Of a stretch of 64,000 nucleotides of DNA, positions 40,784-53,662 are shown piece after piece (position 1 is the stretch's first letter; each line of letters starts with the position of its first letter). Under the pieces are notes generated by a model that saw only the letters and a program-made list of their open reading frames with translations, ran no database searches and had not been told where the DNA came from. The position numbers and the translations under genes are program-made. The DNA is taken from the NCBI RefSeq assembly GCF_006345805.1, contig NC_043002.1, positions 87,172,001-87,236,000 of the forward strand, in the 5' to 3' direction. The stretch comes from Octopus sinensis. Taxonomy: Eukaryota.

Positions 40784-41278
40784 CCTTTTTCATGCTATTT
40801 CAAACATGATAAAAGAAAAAATATGATCTAAGGTAGATAACTCAAATGAACCAATACCATTAATTTACATAAGAAGGGTATATGAAGAAAATTTCCCTCA
40901 TTGACCGAAAAACAAAAGTAGGATTTTTTCCTGCCCTTATAAGCATCTGAATTAAATTGCAATCAATTTTCCAGAAGTAGATATCTTTGGTGTTATAAAA
41001 GACTTAGAGTCTGCCTTTCATAATAGTTATTCACCATTAGCATAATTTCAAAATGTTCGATCATGTTTTCAAATTCGATTTTTTTTTTCACGCTGAAGCT
41101 GCGTCTGAAAGTAAAACTATTATGTTTCTTCTAATTCTTCACTCAAACGAATAAATGTTTACAAATTACCAAATTCACTGATACGGAAAAAATGCAAAAT
41201 AAAATAGATATATCAAAAAGAAAAAGAAAAAGAAAAACAAAACAAAAGAAAAGAAGACTCAGCGTTAAAGTTATTTAC

Positions 41279-41338
41279 CTGCTGTCATCATGGCAATAGG
41301 TAATGCTGTACTGACTGCCAAAAAGACGGTGTAAAGAC
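41279..41338 (-). CDS. TMEM272: TMEM272-like coding exon 3 (60 nt, phase 1-1; encodes TM1)
   Basis: Acceptor tttctttctgtaacAG (41340-41339), donor cag|GTaaat (41278). Encodes (R)LYTVFLAVSTALPIAMMTA(G), in frame with exon 4 and matching the family motif LALPxxMxxxG. Confidence 0.88.
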
Positions 41339-41420
41339 CTGTTACAGAAAGAAATAATTTTACATTAAAAGCGTAAAATTAATACTGGTAAAACACATAC
41401 CGAACTAAAACAATAACACC

Positions 41421-41433
41421 ACCATCACCATTG

Positions 41434-41478
<45 letters not shown>

Positions 41479-41566
41479 CCACCACCATCATCATCATCAC
41501 CATCATCATCATCACCACCATCATCATCATCATCATCATCACCACCACCACCACCACCACCACCAC
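41421..41566. repeat. (CAT)n/(CAC)n microsatellite
   Basis: Direct reading. Confidence 0.95.
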
Positions 41567-41622
41567 GTTAACGACTCTGCGAAATGATCAATTTAGTAAT
41601 GAGAAAGTGGAGTAAAATAAAT

Positions 41623-42037
41623 GGATCTTTTCGGTTTGAACGGCAGTTTTTTCTAGCGGTGTCATATGAAATTGTCACCCATAATTATGACCCTAGTATC
41701 GATCTATTGCATTTCAATGTTTTAGGGTTAGGGTTAGGGATGGGGGGAAGGGTATCTTTTTTGTTCACAAATGTAAATAAACCCAATCTGTTTCTTGAAC
41801 GAAGGACATATTCATACAGCACAGAATGTTTTTTTTACCTCAATAGACGTCACTGATTGGTTGAAATTGCAGAAATTGAAGAAAACAACTACAAATATCT
41901 CACAAACTATAGAATTTTCTCAATAAAGCCAAGAGAAAAAGATGTTTTATAAACACATTCTACCAGTATACGAAGTTTAAAATTTTTTAATTACCTAGAA
42001 ATTATGTTAAAAACTGTCGTTCAAACCGAAAAGATCC
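41623..42037. mobile_element. MITE with about 28-bp GG-initiated TIRs, 8-bp TSD and internal TTAGGG repeats (copy 1)
   Basis: ggatcttttcggtttgaacggcagtttt / aaaactgtcgttcaaaccgaaaagatcc. TSD aaataaat at 41615-41622 and 42038-42045. Confidence 0.93.
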
Positions 42038-42816
42038 AAATAAATTAATTTGATCTCAGTATGAGGTTAGTAATAATGTTATAGACTGTTATACATGAAA
42101 CAATAGTCAACAGCGATTGGAATTTAATTCCAGGACAGAGATTCACTGAACCATGAATACAGTAAAACATGTGGTAGAGTACTGCTTTCTGAGCCTTCTG
42201 ATCAAATTAATGAAGGTTCCGTATTAATAATTATACTGTGCCTAAATCATAAATTTAGTCTGCTAGCGCCATTTTTGTATGCCTATGGTTTAGCTATATC
42301 TGTTTATTCCCTTATTATGGCAAATATATTTCATTTGTTTCAATCTTTTTCTCCCCTTGCCTTAACAAAAATACCTCACAGAAGTTGCCATATAGATATA
42401 GAGCCAAACCATTCTATATATTCATCGTAACCTTAAATCAATCTTTTAAAATTAAATTATGTCATACGGAAATGCATGCAACGGATACGGCATGTAACTG
42501 CCTCATCACAAACAACAACAACTGAAAGCCTCTAAATAATAACAAAACAAAAAGCAATGACCCTCAATAAATACTCCTCCTCGATGGGGACCACTCAGGT
42601 ATGTCGTGTGGTGAAGTTGACGAAGAAGAAAGCAAATGGTAACAACAAGTAAGATAAAAAAGAAAGGAGAAAAAAATCATGCCGATTACAATAGCCAGGA
42701 GTGCAAACAGCAACACATCAACAATAATCTACACAACAACAGAAATACAACCAATACCATCATCTCCATCGCCATCACCACCACCACCATTATCACACTC
42801 ACCAACAGCAAGACAA

Positions 42817-43048
42817 CCTATTTCTTTATTACCCACAAGGGGCTAAACACAGAGGGGACAAACAAGGACAGATATAGGTATTAAGTCGATTACATCGACC
42901 CCAGTGCGTAACTGGTGCTTAATTTATCGACCCCGAAAGGATGAAAGGTAAAGTCGACCTCGGCGGAATTTGAACTCAGAACGTAACGGCAGACGAAATA
43001 CCGCTAAGCATTTCGCCCGGCGTGCTAACGTTTCTGCCAGCTCGCCGT
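42817..43048 (-). mobile_element. SINE family A, tail type 2, full monomer
   Basis: cctatttctttattacccacaagg...ctgccagctcgccgtc. Confidence 0.92.
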
Positions 43049-43479
43049 CATTATAAATACCATCAAAGCCATTATACATTCAAACCAAGTACAACCCGTA
43101 AGAAACAAACTATAATGCCGTAAATACAATCAAGACAGCAATTAAAAGACATGGACATCACTCAGGATGATTTCATCACACCAACAAACAACACAACACA
43201 CACAAAAAAATCATCTATACCACTACAAATATACACAATGCCAAAAAAAAAAAAAAATCCTAATACCCTGACGGTGTAGAAGTCTTCAAAGACTTGAGAG
43301 AGAATATCAACAAAAGTTTGTAAGGAACTACTTATGGAAATTCACAACCAGTAGGATTGACGAAACACCTACCCCTGCATAAGAGTAAAGTAAACCTCTC
43401 ACTCACTTTCCGCCTTCTGTCGAACATAACTTTATTTAGAATACGCAGTGCAAATGCACGTGCTGGGGTCACCTTAGAA

Positions 43480-45150
43480 GCAGGGTTACCTGCTCAGCGA
43501 CCTGAAGATATTAGAGAGAGATGTGTATGTGTGTGTGTGGTTGGGGGCATTCAACGTGATCAGCATTTTCGCTGCACAAGCATTCATACCTATTTTGGGT
43601 GGATGGGAGGTGGCACTGCAGTGTTATATTGGAATGGTTTGTATCTCACGATATGGACCATCTTGGATTCAGAGAGTAAGCCGGTGATCCATGAACAGTA
43701 GCGAAAAGGACGCCTTTAGATCAGTCGCTATGTATGTTTTTTTTAGTATTAGTAGGTGACTGGAATAGCATTTTAGATGTACGTTTGGGTCACGGGATGA
43801 TAGGAAAGTTGAGTGCAAAAGCCTTGCAAACCATCTCAGATGTTTCCAACTCTCTGACAGATATCAGCTGAATTTCTCGAATATGCCTCTGTGGACAGGG
43901 ACAAAGCGCATCGGGTCATTCAGATCGTTTCTTGATAGAGTATTCTGTAGGCCAATAGATAACGATAGCATAGGTTGCCTATATTTATAATCGTTGGTTA
44001 CATAGAGTACACATTTGTTACTTGTACAGTCGACAGAGATATTATAGGTAGGAATTCGGTTACAGGAAGCTGAGCGCATCCGACCTAGCGCACCATGTTT
44101 ACAGAGATCGGACTAGCGATTTAATTATGAGGGCATTTACGGGGGCTATCGTCAGCAACTGATGATGGTTCACCCTAAAAATAGCGACTAGAGTAGAATG
44201 GATAAAGTTTAGTCAGGTTGTAACGATGGCGGAAAATAGAAGACAGGGAGACTTAGAAACTTAGTAGAGGCTCTTAGGAAAGACAACATAAACCAACGTG
44301 CTCGTTTTGGTGCATGCTCTAAGACACGAGTCGTGGAAATCCCTTCGACAGTCCTGAGTAGCAGAGACACAATGTGGAAAATTCACGATTCGGTCTGTGG
44401 CGGACGGAAACTCAGAGTGGACTTCCGTTCCTACCTGGAAGAAATCTCATGCTTCTCGTCGTTGGTATAAGCCGATAAGTGCCACGGAAATAAGGGGAGC
44501 AATAGTTCGCCTTATGGAGTATCCCCTATGAGATTTACTTTAGATCAATCTATAGCGTTCTTTGGGATCGAATACCAATGCTTGGCAGTTGTTCTTCAGG
44601 CGGCTGGTTTCGATCCCGTCTTCCGAGCTTGGATCTCTACACTATAGCGACATCTGCTCAAGGGTTAGGGTGAATAGCCACCTATTGGAACCACACAGTC
44701 GATCCATCAAGATTGTTCACTCTCGACTCTTCTGATTGTACTGAATTTTGAGGTAATATTGCTGAAATTAGTCATTGTGAAGTATCCCGCGCGAACAAGG
44801 ATGTCGAAGAATGTGTCGGTATGTGTGGATGACATCACCGTCTTTATGTTGGCCATTAGATACATCGGGGTGATCGGTACAGCTCTCTCTAAGGGACTCT
44901 GAGGCAGTGATAGAAGTCGACCAAACTTTTCTGTACGTACTCGTCCAGTGTCTAATCATTGATGACTTGTGGAGTTATGTCGAACATCCTGCTGCCTTCC
45001 TTTGACCGGGAAGGACAGACATTTTCATCTGTCTTTATCGAAAGAGGTTATGGAGTGAACCAGATTGAAAGGCCTGAAGGTAAACACCTTCCCCTTCGGG
45101 ACTTTTTTTTAACTCTCATGAACTTTTTTAACCTTCACATGAAAAAAAAG
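43480..45150 (+). mobile_element. Degenerate L1/Tx1-type LINE ORF2 (AP endonuclease and RT remnants)
   Basis: VLVGDWNSILD (APE GDFN motif), GYRKLSA (GYWKLN), LDQSIAF...VLQAAGFDPVFRAWI, QDCSLSTLL (QGCPLSPLL), VSVCVDDITV (YADD). Confidence 0.72.
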
Positions 45151-45169
45151 TGAGGGTAGAGATGGAAGT

Positions 45170-46375
45170 GCGGCTTTCCAACAAATTTGTTGAAAAGGTG
45201 GACGAGAGTGGCAAGGATGGCCTTTCAATATAATGTCTAGCCTATTCGCATCTTTCTTCCTGTCAGATTGAATGGTGAAGTTCCAGAGGAGTGAGATGTG
45301 ATCGCTTTCAAGCACTGGAGATGGTTTGTGTTCCCACCCAGTTTTTATTATGGGGCAGGTCCAGGTTTTTGCAAATTACCCAGTGAATATATTGTGCTGC
45401 TCTAGCATGTCTGTTGAGATACTCTGTAGGCGCAAGAAGACTGCACCTGGAGACATGATCAATAGTTTCGTTTTGTTGTTTACATACACGACATGTTGGG
45501 CTACTACCGTTCTTTAATATGTTGGCCTGGTAGCTCCTTGTAGGTAGGCATTGATTTTGGGCTGCTATGATAAACCCTCCCGTTTCTGATTTTAAGCCAG
45601 AAGACACTAACCATTGATGGGTAAGGGCTTTGTCAATATGGGCACTATTATCTCTCTTTGGGTATTTACCATTGAGAGCTTTTTCTTGCCATTTATCAGT
45701 AAGAATATCTAAAGCAGCAGTTTTAACACGGGTTTTCATACGCTTAACTTTTTCTGTGCTTGGTTCCAGTACGGCTAATTCTGGAATTTGTTGTATTTGG
45801 GATTCACTTAGATATTCCTATGCCTGTTTTGTTACTGAGTATGATGCTTTCTTGTTTAAATTCATTGAGATAAGTTTTAACATCCAGTCCTCAGAGTTTT
45901 TCAGGTAGGTGTTTAGGCCAGCTGTGGAAATCTTCATTGTTAATTCCAGTTATAAAAGTCCACGACCACCCTCTTTTCTTGGAAGGTAAAGTCGTTCTAT
46001 ATCTGCTTTAGGTTGGTGCATTCTATGCATTATCAACAATTTTCGTATTTTTCTGTCAATATTACATATTTCAGTAATTGACCAGTTAATATTGAAACTG
46101 TAACTCACGACCGGTTTGGCTAAAGTACTGATCGCGTCGATCCTGTTCCTTGCATTCAGCTCTGTTTTGAATATTGTCCTTACCCTGCGATAACATTTTC
46201 TTCTGATCCTTTCCCTCATCATTGAATGTTTGATTCCATCGCCTTCAAATACCCCTAGGTATTTGTAGCTCTCCGCTGGTTCTAACTCCTTTATGATATT
46301 CTGCTGGTCAAGATTAACGTTGAATTTTCTATCATTTTTCCTTTGAAAAGGTAGCTTTTGCAAATTTATTGTTTA
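45170..46375 (-). mobile_element. R4/Dong-clade RLE retrotransposon fragment
   Basis: ORFs 45950-46363 and 45308-45739: YKYLG, KTELNARN, MHQPKADIERLYLPRKEGGRGL, NGKYP, SSGLKSETGGFIIAAQNQ, CRVCKQQNETIDHV.SRC. AAT-like tract at its 5' side. Confidence 0.92.
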
Positions 46376-46435
46376 ACAATCGCTAGTAAGCCCTTCTTCT
46401 TCTTCTTATCATTATTATTATTATCAAGGCTATAG

Positions 46436-46530
46436 TAAAAGACACTTGCCCAGGGTGCCACGCAGTGAGACTGAACCCGGAGCCATGTGGTTCGTAAGCA
46501 AGCTACATACCACACAGCCACTCCTACGCC
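46436..46530 (-). mobile_element. SINE family B head fragment
   Basis: gacacttgcccagggtgccacgcagtg...cacacagccactcctacgcc. Confidence 0.85.
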
Positions 46531-47409
46531 TATCCGTTGAAGTCTTGTTAGACAAAGTGTTTTATTCTTGATCCCAGATGAATTTGAAATCAGAGTGTCG
46601 TAGCTAAATATCACAAAGCATTTAAACTGGTTTCTTGCTGATTTTGACACCTGATGTTTCTCTGTAATAATAATTTATGAATTTTAGAAGAGATAAAGAA
46701 AAACTACTGAAGCGATTCACAGTATCTGACAGATATTTATTTCATCGACACTGGAAAAATGAAAGTGATTAAACTATGTCAAAATTTGAAACCAGAATAT
46801 AAATAGTTGAAAGTAAATTTTTTTTTGTCCGATGCTCTCCCAATTTTCCACCCACAAATGTTTCATACATCTCTTGATGTTTAGATTATACATTCAATTT
46901 GTTCTAATAATATTGCGAGGAAAAATATAGCTATTATTCATTTTCTAAACTTTTCTGGTATAGAACTCCTGTTTAAACTAATCTTAAAGTCGATATACAT
47001 CATTTAGATTTACTTAGTTTAAATAATGGGATTTTATCTTAAAAGACTTTAGAAGAAAATGGAACTTCGTGTGAAAACGTTAACGTAGATTTAAACATTC
47101 TTGCGCAATATTTAAAATTTGCGTTGATTTCAGCCATTTTTACATATCCTTACTGAAATTGAAATCTATTTGCTGGAAAGGGAAAATACCATTAGTTTTC
47201 AACGCTTGTAAATACATTCAACTTGATTTGTTTTCAGACACTTATTTTTCTGCAAGACTGCCCTCAATGTTCGTATAGTTTATTGTTTACGTATTTGGGA
47301 AGTATTGGAATAATAACAATCCAACTTCATTGGATTCCGTCACTTCAATTCAGTTCTTGCACAAAGAACTTAGCATACAAATGACTTCAGTTTAGAAGAG
47401 ATGGCTTTT

Positions 47410-47660
47410 GAATATCATTCTCTCCAACTTAGATACCGTTTGCCATCATTCTCCACAGATCTACTGTCCATCCACTCTACTTCTTCTAATATTACTGCAT
47501 TGTATTCTGTTCTTCAGAGTTGGTTGCATTCATGCTATCTCCATTCAGGTCAACCAACTTACACACCCCTCCTCTTCTTGTTATTCGCCGTGCCCATTCT
47601 CAGGCCTCTTGCTTATGTTATAACGCATTATTGATAAATTTTTAACATTAGGATTTCGTA
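47410..47660 (+). mobile_element. Degenerate CR1/L2-group LINE 3' fragment
   Basis: PLYFF*YYCIVFCSSELVAF resembles the SLFYRYYxGxCSSELA motif. Confidence 0.45.
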
Positions 47661-48914
47661 ACACCTTAGTTCCTTTGGGTTCCTCTTATCATTTCCACTT
47701 AAATCCACATATCTATTTTCGATTACTTTCTTTGTTTTTTTTTTGTTAAATGTAGTGAAACACCTCTTTGAACTGTGCAGAATAATGAAAGTAAATTAAC
47801 ACGTCAAGAAAAGTTGGGAAAGCATAAATAATTCGTTATTTCAATATCGTTAAAAATAATCTCTTATAACGGAGATTGTTTCCAATGGTTTTACCCGAGG
47901 CAAACAAAGTAAAATACAAAAATATAATAAATAAAAACGCAACAAAAATGGACAATGTTTCTCATCAATGTTAGTAGTTGCAATTATTTTTTTTCTGAAT
48001 CTCATGAAAGAAATTGTTTAGTTATTGGTTTGAATGAATGAATTTCATTTATTGAGAAACAACCACAAACTACTGGAAGACATTGTAATTTTTTTCTGAG
48101 TGTAGTAAAGTTTCATTTTTAATGAGGGTCTCGTCTCTTCATTAAAATCTGTGGATACATTCAATTTTGTCAGCAGAAATTTATTAATTGAGCTTTGCCA
48201 GATTTTTCTTGGATTAAATAAACGTATTTGGAATATTGATTAAAAATGTATTCTTATATTTCTTGTAAACCCATTTAAAATATTATTTTAATTAAACTTT
48301 AATTACAGAAAAAAATCCAACATTTTGCTCATGTCATTAAAATGAAATTTGTCCATAAGTTACTAAAAGGTAAGATAATACATGTAAAACAGAAAACTGA
48401 AGGCCATTCGGTCTACCTGCGCGTAGAATACCGTAATTATAATTGCTTTCAGACATAAACATCCTTCAGTGATAATGTAGACAAAATTGATAGCACCAAA
48501 AATATATCATCTCAAATTAAAAAAAAACAAAACAAATTCAACGATCAGAACTGCTTAACTCAATATTCTAAAATGAATTACTAGCACAAATATTGATAGC
48601 AACACCGTGAAAGAGCAATTTACAAACGTATAAAGTTGTTAATTTTACTTTATGCGCAAATATATCTCATGAGGTGTTAACATTTACGTCGCACGACTGC
48701 GAACCGGTCACTGACACATACTACAACATGTGTCAGCGGGTTGGTCACAGCTATGCGACGAAACTTCAAGCACCCCATGAAATAAACAAATCTGAAGTGA
48801 ATTTATCATATTTGTGTGTTATCAAGTGGCTTTTCAACGATGTTGTTTTAGTTTTAACTCACAGTCTCAGATAATGCCACTTGTTAGACAACTTCAACTC
48901 CGACTAAATCTGTA

Positions 48915-49185
48915 TTTTCTTATTCTTTTACTTGTTTCATTCATTGGATTGCAGCCATACTGAGACACCATCTTCAAGGGTCTAGTCGAAAGTTCAATTC
49001 TAGTACTTATTTTAAGTCTGGTGCTTATTCTATCGCGTTCTTTTTGCTGAACCGCCAAGTTACGGAGACACAAACAACACGGTTGGCAGGCGTGAGAGAC
49101 AAATACAAAGGCACACAAGAAAATACATATTTATATACAAAGATTCATGCATACACACGCGATTGGCTTCCACACAGTCTCCATC
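48915..49185 (-). mobile_element. SINE family B, old or partial
   Basis: tactttgtttcattcattggattgcagccat...cttattctatcg...gaaccgccaagttacgg. Confidence 0.7.
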
Positions 49186-50089
49186 TACTAAATTCATCCA
49201 TATCGTATTGGTAGGATATTCTTTGAGACTGTGTCATTTATTTAGTCATCAGTAAATTGAATGATAATTTCGGTATTAAAAGAAACCTAAATCTGCTCTT
49301 TCTAAAAATAGTAAAATTCCAACGTGATATTAAAGGGAATCTACACGTCTGTCTATGTGAGTGAAATATTTACACATCATTTGGTAAAGTTTAGCAATGC
49401 ATTGGTGAATTATATATTCGTTAATGAAGCATACACCATTTTGCTCAGATCGGATAGCCATAACAGTTGATTATGCCTCTCCTTAATTAAGAGTTATTTG
49501 AGACCACACAACAACACCATACTTATATAGAAAGTATAGAAAAGAAATCAAGTTCTCTCCGCGATCTAAGTAAGTACTGATGCATGATATAATTGTCGTA
49601 AGTAGCTCGGTTGAATTGTCGAGTACATCTTTGGTTTTCAGTGTTGAGACCCATACACAGAGTATATAATAATATCTCACGAGACCGTTCATCTGTAGAT
49701 CAAATCTATTTAATATGAATTGCGGAAGAGAAGGTAATTTATATCAACTTACGTTTATGTAGCTATTTCTCAGGCTAGATAACAAAATAGACAAACGGGC
49801 AATACCTTAGTCCACCCTAATTAACACCATTTCGCGTCTCACTTTAAAACTTTCTACCTGAGAATAAGATAGAAATTGAAGTTATAAATTTTGTTTCTGC
49901 CTTCTCCTGTTGATTTTGTTGAGAAAATGTACAACATATTCTCATATGCTGTGACTTGAAATCAACAAAGAAATGTGCTTGGAGCAAGTTACCAATCAAA
50001 ATTGATCTGTGTGTGTGAGGGTATGTGTGTGCGCGCGCGTGCGTGTGTTCGTGTGAATGTGTGTTTGTGCGTGCGTGTGTGTGTGTGTG

Positions 50090-50121
<32 letters not shown>

Positions 50122-50311
50122 GTGTGTGTATGTATGTGTGCGCTATAAATATAACTGATCAGACATTGTACTTTTAATATAGAACACCATTAGATCCGAG
50201 CATTTCGCCAAAGGTTAGTGAAAAGAGAATATGCGTGTTAACAGATGCAGGTTCTGTCGCTATTTTACTCTGATGAAAAGTTTATATTTATAATCAAAAT
50301 TTAGAACTATA

Positions 50312-50727
50312 GGCGTAGGAGTGGCTGTGTGGTAAGTAGCTTGCTTACCAACCACATGGTTCCGGGTTCAGTTCTACTGCGTGGCACCTTGGGCAAGCGT
50401 CTTCTACTATAGCCTCGGGCCGACCAAAGCCTTTTGAGTGGATTTGGTAGACGGAAACTGAAAGAAGCCCGTCGTATATATGTATATATATATATATATA
50501 TGTGTGTATGTTTGTGTGTTGTGTTTGTCCCCCCACCCCAACATCGCTTGACAACAATGCTGGTATGTATACGTTCTCGTAACTTAGCGGTTCGGCAAAA
50601 GAGACCGATAGAATAAGTACTAGGCTTACAAAGAATAAGTCCTGGGGTCGATTTCCTCCACTAAAGGTGGTGTTCCAGCATGGCAACATTCAAATGATTG
50701 AAACAAGTAAATGAGTAAATGAGTAAA
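50312..50727 (+). mobile_element. SINE family B, full length
   Basis: ggcgtaggagtggctgtgtggtaagtagc...gaaacaagtaaatgagtaaat. Confidence 0.92.
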
Positions 50728-51022
50728 CTGGAACGTTGGAATTGGTAAATTCTTAGGAGAGGATGGTATTCTTGAAGAGCAGAAAGAATACATGAAAATA
50801 CTTTCAACAGTGTGACACAGCAATATGTCACATACGGAAACCATTCCTAAAATTTTCTAGTTGCTAGGCAAGGAACATATCACGGTAAAAATTCGTTAAC
50901 CAGCGGGAAAAGATGTATTCCTGGGGTTAAAATGTAGTAACATATATTCCGCACAGAACAGCCTCGTAATAGTGGTACAAACATTACAATTTAGTACTGT
51001 TACTATATGAATCTCTTTCAGA

Positions 51023-51460
51023 GGATCTTTTCGGTTTGAACGGCAGTTTTTTCTAGCGGTGTCATATGAAATTGTCACCCATAATTATGACCCTAGTATC
51101 GATCTATTGCATTTCAATCTGTTTTTGGGTTAGTTAGGGCTAGGGTTAGGGTTAGGGGTGGGGGGAAGGGTATCTTTTTTTTCTTCAGAAAAGTAAATAA
51201 ACCTAATCTGTTTCTTAAACGAGGGACATATTCATAAGGCACAGAATGTTTTTTTTTATCTCAATGGACGTCATTGATTGGTTGAAATTGCAGAAATTGA
51301 AGAAAAAAAATCAAGAAATATCCTACAAACTATAGAATTTTCTCAATAAAGCCAAGAGAAAAAGATGTTTTATAAACACATTCTACCAGTATACGAAGTT
51401 TAAAATTTTTTAGATACCAAGAAATTATGTTAAAAACTGCTGTTCAAACCGAAAAGATCC
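51023..51460. mobile_element. TTAGGG-bearing MITE (copy 2)
   Basis: Same TIRs as copy 1. Exact TSD ctttcaga at 51015-51022 and 51461-51468. Confidence 0.93.
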
Positions 51461-51591
51461 CTTTCAGAGATTTTAAATCCAGCTCCTTTAGCCTGCTGCA
51501 AGACCAGCGATTGATGGTCGCTTCTTTATTTATATATTGCGAGTGGGGACGGATGTATACATATGGATTAGTATCTTTTTTTTATATATAC

Positions 51592-52001
51592 TTTCTTTTG
51601 CTTGTTTCCGTGATTAGACTGTGGCTATGCTGGGACACCGCCTTGAAGGAATTTTAGTTGAACGGATCTACTCTAGAACTATCTTTTAAAGTCTAGAACT
51701 TATTCTATTCGTTATTTTCCCCGAACCGCTAAGTTACGGGGACGTTAGCACACTAACACCGGTTGTCAAGCGATAGTGGAGAACAAACGCAGACATAAAG
51801 ACACACACGCACACACACACACACACACGCGTACACACACACACACGCGTACACACACACACACACACTCGTACACGCACACACACACGCGTACACACAC
51901 ACATACATACACACACGCGTACACACACACACGCGTACACACACACACGCGTACACACACACGCATACACACACACACACGCGTACACACACACACACAC
52001 A
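51592..52001 (-). mobile_element. SINE family B 3' half with an expanded (CA)n/CGCGTA tract
   Basis: tgcttgtttccgtgattagactgtggctatgc...cgaaccgctaagttacggggacg, followed by cacacacgcgta units. Confidence 0.8.
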
Positions 52002-52569
52002 TAAGAGATTCTAAATCCGCGGACAATATTCAACGAGGAATGATATAACCCAACATCTGGCTTCAATAATGGAATCTACTCGCTCCTAACCTGATATGCC
52101 AATTACCAAAAGGAAGCCACAAAAAAAAAGAAGAGCGAGCTATCACTCGCGAGCAACACGTATCATGCTTTAACTAATTGTTTTAAGTGCTTACGTTGTC
52201 ACGAACAAACATAAACACATTGTCAGCCGTCCCAGGAACACCCAGGATGCGACAACAGGAGGAAAAGAGCGCTCTACCCACCTCTCAGCAGGTAATCATT
52301 TTCAGCTGAGTAGCCTGGAGCAACGTGACGTGAAGTATATTACTCAAGGACACAGTGCGTTGCACGTTCTAAGAATCGAAACCTCGACCGTTTGATAGTG
52401 AGCTCCATAACTTAACTATGAGGTTACCGACCTTCACATGTTTCCGTATTAAAATATGTAATAAGTGTTCGTTTGCCTCTTTTGCTAATTGTTTGTAACG
52501 TAACAGATATTACGAATAAATAGTTTATATAAAATTTCGGTAAAATCTGAAGCATTTGTCAGTACTTAC

Positions 52570-52741
52570 GTGTATTTGTCAATATTCGGACTGCTTGACA
52601 TACGAAATCTATGGAACTGTTAGCTTCTTTTGTGGCTTCTGTTATCTGTACATAAACAGCCTCATAGTTTGATTGTACACTCACTCTGGATGCCGTCCAG
52701 TCTACAGTTGTTTTGTATAAAGCTGATTCATCATTATATCC
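52570..52741 (-). CDS. TMEM272: TMEM272-like coding exon 2 (172 nt, phase 0-1)
   Basis: Acceptor ctcttatttgtAG (52743-52742), donor acac|GTAAGT (52569). Open frame GYNDESALYK...EATKEANSSIDFVCQAVRILTNT(R) joins exon 3 in frame. Missed by the ORF track. Confidence 0.8.
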
Positions 52742-53624
52742 CTACAAATAAGAGCAATACACCTAGGTTACATCAACTGAGATTGAGCAAAAAAACAAAA
52801 ACGAAAACGAAAACAAAAACAAAAACAACACCCACCTAAACTTTTATTGATGGTGTTTGGCTTTCAAGTGTTCTAGATTCTCGTTCATGAATATTATATT
52901 TTGTTATTTGTTGTTGCTGATGTTGGTGGTAGATGACATTCAATAGAGCTCTGGGTAAAATGCCTTGCGGTGTTACCTCTTTACGTCCAGAGTTTAAATC
53001 TCATTGAGACTAACTATCCTGCGGTGTGTGGTTTCGCGACCTTTATGTTCTTAGTTCAAACGTCGTCGAAGGCAACTTTTACTTTTCAAATAATCATAGT
53101 CAATAAGATAAAGTACCGCTTGCTCAAGTATTGACGTAATCGACTGTCCCTACAGTCGACTAGTACTTAACAACCAAGAAGTACGAACAAAAATAGTGTA
53201 CTCTTTATAGTTGATGGGTAATCAAGAATAGTTGATTAATATTAGAGTATCCCAGGTATATGACCGAGTTGCTACACATGTAAGAGTAAAATTCCTTAAA
53301 AAGCTTTCTTTACAGCACAAGACCAAACCAAAGGGGCTGTCGGTACTAAGGAGACACCAGATCCAACATGTAAGTCAGTAAATAAAAATGTCCCATTCGC
53401 ATTACCGGGAGTAAAGTACGGGATTCCCGAACCCCACTTACCTATCCACAGCCGCTAAAAGACTGGGAGAGTCACCTGCACCAGCAACAGCTAGTACTAA
53501 ACGACAAGGAAGTACCCCTTCATCGCAATAGCATCCAATCCACTTATAAGAATGGAGACCAGTCACAGGCTGAAGGGGATAAACAGACATTCTAAAATTA
53601 AAAATAAATCGGAAAATGACTTAC

Positions 53625-53633
53625 CGCAAACAT
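53625..53633 (-). CDS. TMEM272: TMEM272-like first coding exon (ATG TTT GCG, M-F-A)
   Basis: aaaaATGTTTGCG|GTAAGT: A at -3 and a consensus phase-0 donor matching exon 2. Total CDS 711 nt = 236 aa plus stop. Confidence 0.65.
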
Positions 53634-53662
53634 TTTTAAAGGCTATGAAAATGTGACTTAGG

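Noticed and set aside
41720-41745. TTAGGG repeats as an interstitial telomere or fusion scar
   Set aside because: There are only 2-4 units, and they are an internal part of a MITE present three times.
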